From contig JAHDYR010000029.1 of NCBI GenBank assembly GCA_019828565.1, positions 1 to 64,000 on the forward strand: DNA of 64,000 nucleotides. Direction: 5' to 3'. The stretch comes from Carpediemonas membranifera BICM. Its lineage: Eukaryota > Protista > Fornicata. The first letter of the stretch is position 1. Every line of letters starts with the position of its first letter. Below the pieces are notes generated by a model. That model worked only from the letters and a program-made list of their open reading frames with translations, made no database searches and had not been told where the DNA came from. The translations under genes and the position numbers were made by a program. This document shows positions 61,301-64,000 of this stretch, piece after piece.

Positions 61301-61766
61301 ATCCAACACACTCCCCTCCCCCAGCAACAGTGGCAGAAGCAGAGCCATACTTGGGAGCGCGATCGGCCAGCCCCAGGCCCTCCTGAGCAGGATCAAGCGG
61401 TGTTGCCCCCTATGTACCCTGGACTCAGAAGGTGACACCATTACTCGCCTGTACACTGTCACCAGAACCGCGGCGGAAACCACCAAAATCCTCTCAGAAT
61501 GGGCATACAACCAGCCCCTGGGAACACAAAGCCACATCATCTGCCAATGCAAGGCGGTAGAACGCCCAGAAGGATGGAATGACATCCTGGCGGAGGCGCA
61601 TCTACGCACACAGTACCACGCCCTAAGGCAAGGGCAGGAGGCGGAGTGGTACAACTCAAGGGCAATCCTGGAAATGCTCTGGCTCCTCCGCAGCGAGGAC
61701 CATACCGTCAGAGAGGGACTGCAGAACGGCAGACGTGCCCTTCTGAACCTCCGGAAAGACGGGTAA
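58398..61766 (+). CDS. LINE ORF2: AP endonuclease and reverse transcriptase, frameshifted
   Basis: ISLN, LQET, NIYAP, IGDWN, TIDL; GPDG, YRPISL, QVGF, LDIAKAYDTV, GVKQG, FVDD, YLG. Confidence 0.92.
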
Positions 61767-62984
61767 GTACACCATCCCAGAATCCTATGACCTCTGGGAC
61801 CAGGGTCAAACTGGGACCCAACCCCCCGCCTCAACCGAAGCGGAGCGCTCCTGGGATCAGCGGGGGACGCAAGCCCACGTATCCCGGTAGCACCCAGCCG
61901 CGGAAGGGGGACTCAACCCCGAACACTAATCTCGCTAACACACAAACGCTCACCCATACTGGGAACGTAGACAACATTCAGCCGGCAGAACCGGCACACT
62001 CTTCACACGTATAAGAAATAACCCAGAGCCATAGGGCGGGGCACGTATGCACATGTATACACGTACGTGCGAGGTATCGGGGCGCAGCAGCCAAACAGGA
62101 GGGTAACCATAAGGCAACAATACCACCTGGGCGGCACCTGGACCAAATCAGAGCTGCGCCGAACGGCCCGGCACCCAAAACTTGGAACCAGCCGGAAGCT
62201 AGGAAGAAGCCCTATAGGGAACAAATCCTTGAGGAGGGGATCCATGCCGGAACGGAAAGTGTGGAAGAGCCCGAACGCAGCCGTGAATCATATAGCTACC
62301 CAGCGATGATCGGTGGGTTTCATAACTGGCCCAATTGCGTGGTACGGCAAACGCCAAGCCCGAAACTGCTTCGGCGGGTGCCTGAAAAATTGCAAACTGG
62401 GTCGAATGGTATGGAGAACATATCCCTGAGAGGAGCCCTGTAGGGGGAAACCGAGCAGAAGGCCCCGGTGGCGGGTGTGCAGGGCAAGGCCTTGCGGGTG
62501 CCAGGCAGAACGGGGGCCCGAAGGACCCCCAAGAGTAAGACCTGGGTTATCCCGACTTTGGGGGTATCGGGCCAGCCAGTTGATAGGTCAACATGCAAGG
62601 GACTACCCAGCCTTACCAGCTGGACCCTGACGGTGATGGTGCTAACGCCCCCAACGTAGTATCAGGCTCGCTCACGAAGGGAAGTCAACACGCTAAGGCG
62701 TTCCCGGGGACATGGGGTGGTGCAAACTGGTAATTCCCTGATTTACACAGGTGTACAGGATACGTTAAATTTCTTTCTTTCTTTCTTTGACGGTATGATG
62801 TCCAGAATGAGCCTGGTGTGTTCGAAACGCGAAGGATACTTGTTAGAAAGTCCTTCTTTCCCCCCTTTTCCTGCTATCGGTTCTTGATGAGGGAATGCAT
62901 GATGTTCCTGTTCGAACTGCGTTCGTTCGGATGAATGTTTGTACAATAAGCAACATCAACATGAGATTAGGATGGGCTGATGTT

Positions 62985-64000
62985 CTATAGTCGCTTTTCC
63001 AGCTTTGAGCGCTCGTCGGGCGGTAGCGTCAACAAGTAACTGTCTAATGCGACGAGCTGGCGGTTCTCTGCATCTAGAGGTTCCCACGTAGCCTCTGAGC
63101 GTTCGAATCCTGCCCAGAGAATCTTGATCAGGCCTGGTTCCTTCCTCAGGTCGTGATCCAGGATGGCTTCGACGACAAGTTCGTCGTGATCCAGGGCCGC
63201 CATTTTGAGGGCCGCCTCTGGGCTGACGGGCGCTGCGATCATGCGCTCCCCGTGGATGTGGACCACCTTCTTCGTAATGAGGTCCTTCAGTCGGTAGACG
63301 TTGGGGTCTTCGCCACGACCCAGGACCTTAAGTGGTCCCCGGAGGAAGGGTGAGAGCTTCTGGGGCTTCCTGCTCGGGATGATAAACGCAAACTCGTGCG
63401 GCTTCCACCTGTGGGTGGTCTTGAAGTGATCTCCCCGGCGCTTAGCCGCGTTGTACTCCTCCACAGCATGCTTGCTCAGTGCGCGGATGCGGCCGAGGGC
63501 CTCGATGTGACTGGCGAGAGCTGTAGATGCGCGCTCGGGGTCGGTGTAGCTGCGTGGGGTCTTCAAGTGTCGAGGGCTGATGGGTGGCCGGCGGATCCTC
63601 CATGAAGGGTCCGGAGGATGGCGCGGGCGTCTTCTGGTATGTCGTCAGTGGTCAGGAAGCAGCAGCGACTAAGAGCGTCTGCTACAGCGTTGTCCTCCCC
63701 TGCCACATGTGATATCTCCGCGGGGAACTGCTGGAGGGTGATCCTCCAGCGCATTACCTTCGGTGAGCAGTCCGAGCGCTTCATGAGGTAGACGATATTG
63801 CGATGGTCCGTGTGGACGTGTAGGTCCGTGGCCATGGTGAACAGGGGCTGCATGTCTGATCTGGTGAGTGCACTAAGGATACCATACAGTTCCTTATCAT
63901 AGGTGCACCAGCGGCGTTGCACATCAGTTAGTCTCTTGGAGAATAACGTGACGGGATGATGTTGGCCGTCCGCAGCGATCTGATATAGAATACCGCCGAC
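62985..64000 (-). mobile_element. pol: Chromodomain Ty3/gypsy remnant (RNase H, integrase core deleted, chromodomain); runs off the window
   Basis: DKELYG, TDHRN, ADALSR, GHP directly joined to RGPLKV and LVVEAILDH..WAGF..TWEP. Confidence 0.9.

Larger units (their letters stand above)
56440..62790 (+). mobile_element. APE-type non-LTR retrotransposon (LINE), boundaries approximate
   Basis: ORF1 with coiled coil, ORF2 with APE and RT, long 3' region ending near (TTTC)n at ~62770-62788. Confidence 0.8.

Noticed and set aside
62700-62984. 3' LTR of the terminal gypsy remnant
   Set aside because: No partner repeat in the window, so the boundaries cannot be supported.

Overview
Eukaryotic, most likely protist, repeat-rich DNA. 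Many frameshifts fall in homopolymer runs, which suggests long-read errors on top of real decay. There are three zones. (1) 0.4-12.4 kb: a DNA-transposon-like gene set with a coiled-coil gene, a degenerate tyrosine-recombinase-derived gene, a Ser/Thr kinase, and a RAG1/Transib-like DDE transposase head-to-head with a PHD-finger gene. (2) 12.5-43.2 kb: a dense nest of retroelements. It holds six DIRS/PAT-like YR retrotransposons (five in tandem on the minus strand, one complete) and Ty3/gypsy elements with very short LTRs (66, 84 and 102 bp). These sit around three tRNA genes and a disrupted LRR gene. (3) 43.2-64 kb: a Maelstrom/arenavirus-NP-like DEDDh nuclease gene, an inverted second copy of the zone-1 gene module (here ending in an OTU-like domain), duplicated blocks, an APE-type LINE and another gypsy remnant. 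The strongest novel signal is that all three gypsy families with a visible 5' end lack a tRNA primer-binding site. Each instead carries a different 10-14 bp perfect palindrome directly after the 5' LTR, which suggests a tRNA-independent priming mechanism. All family assignments come from motif reading by eye, with no database search.
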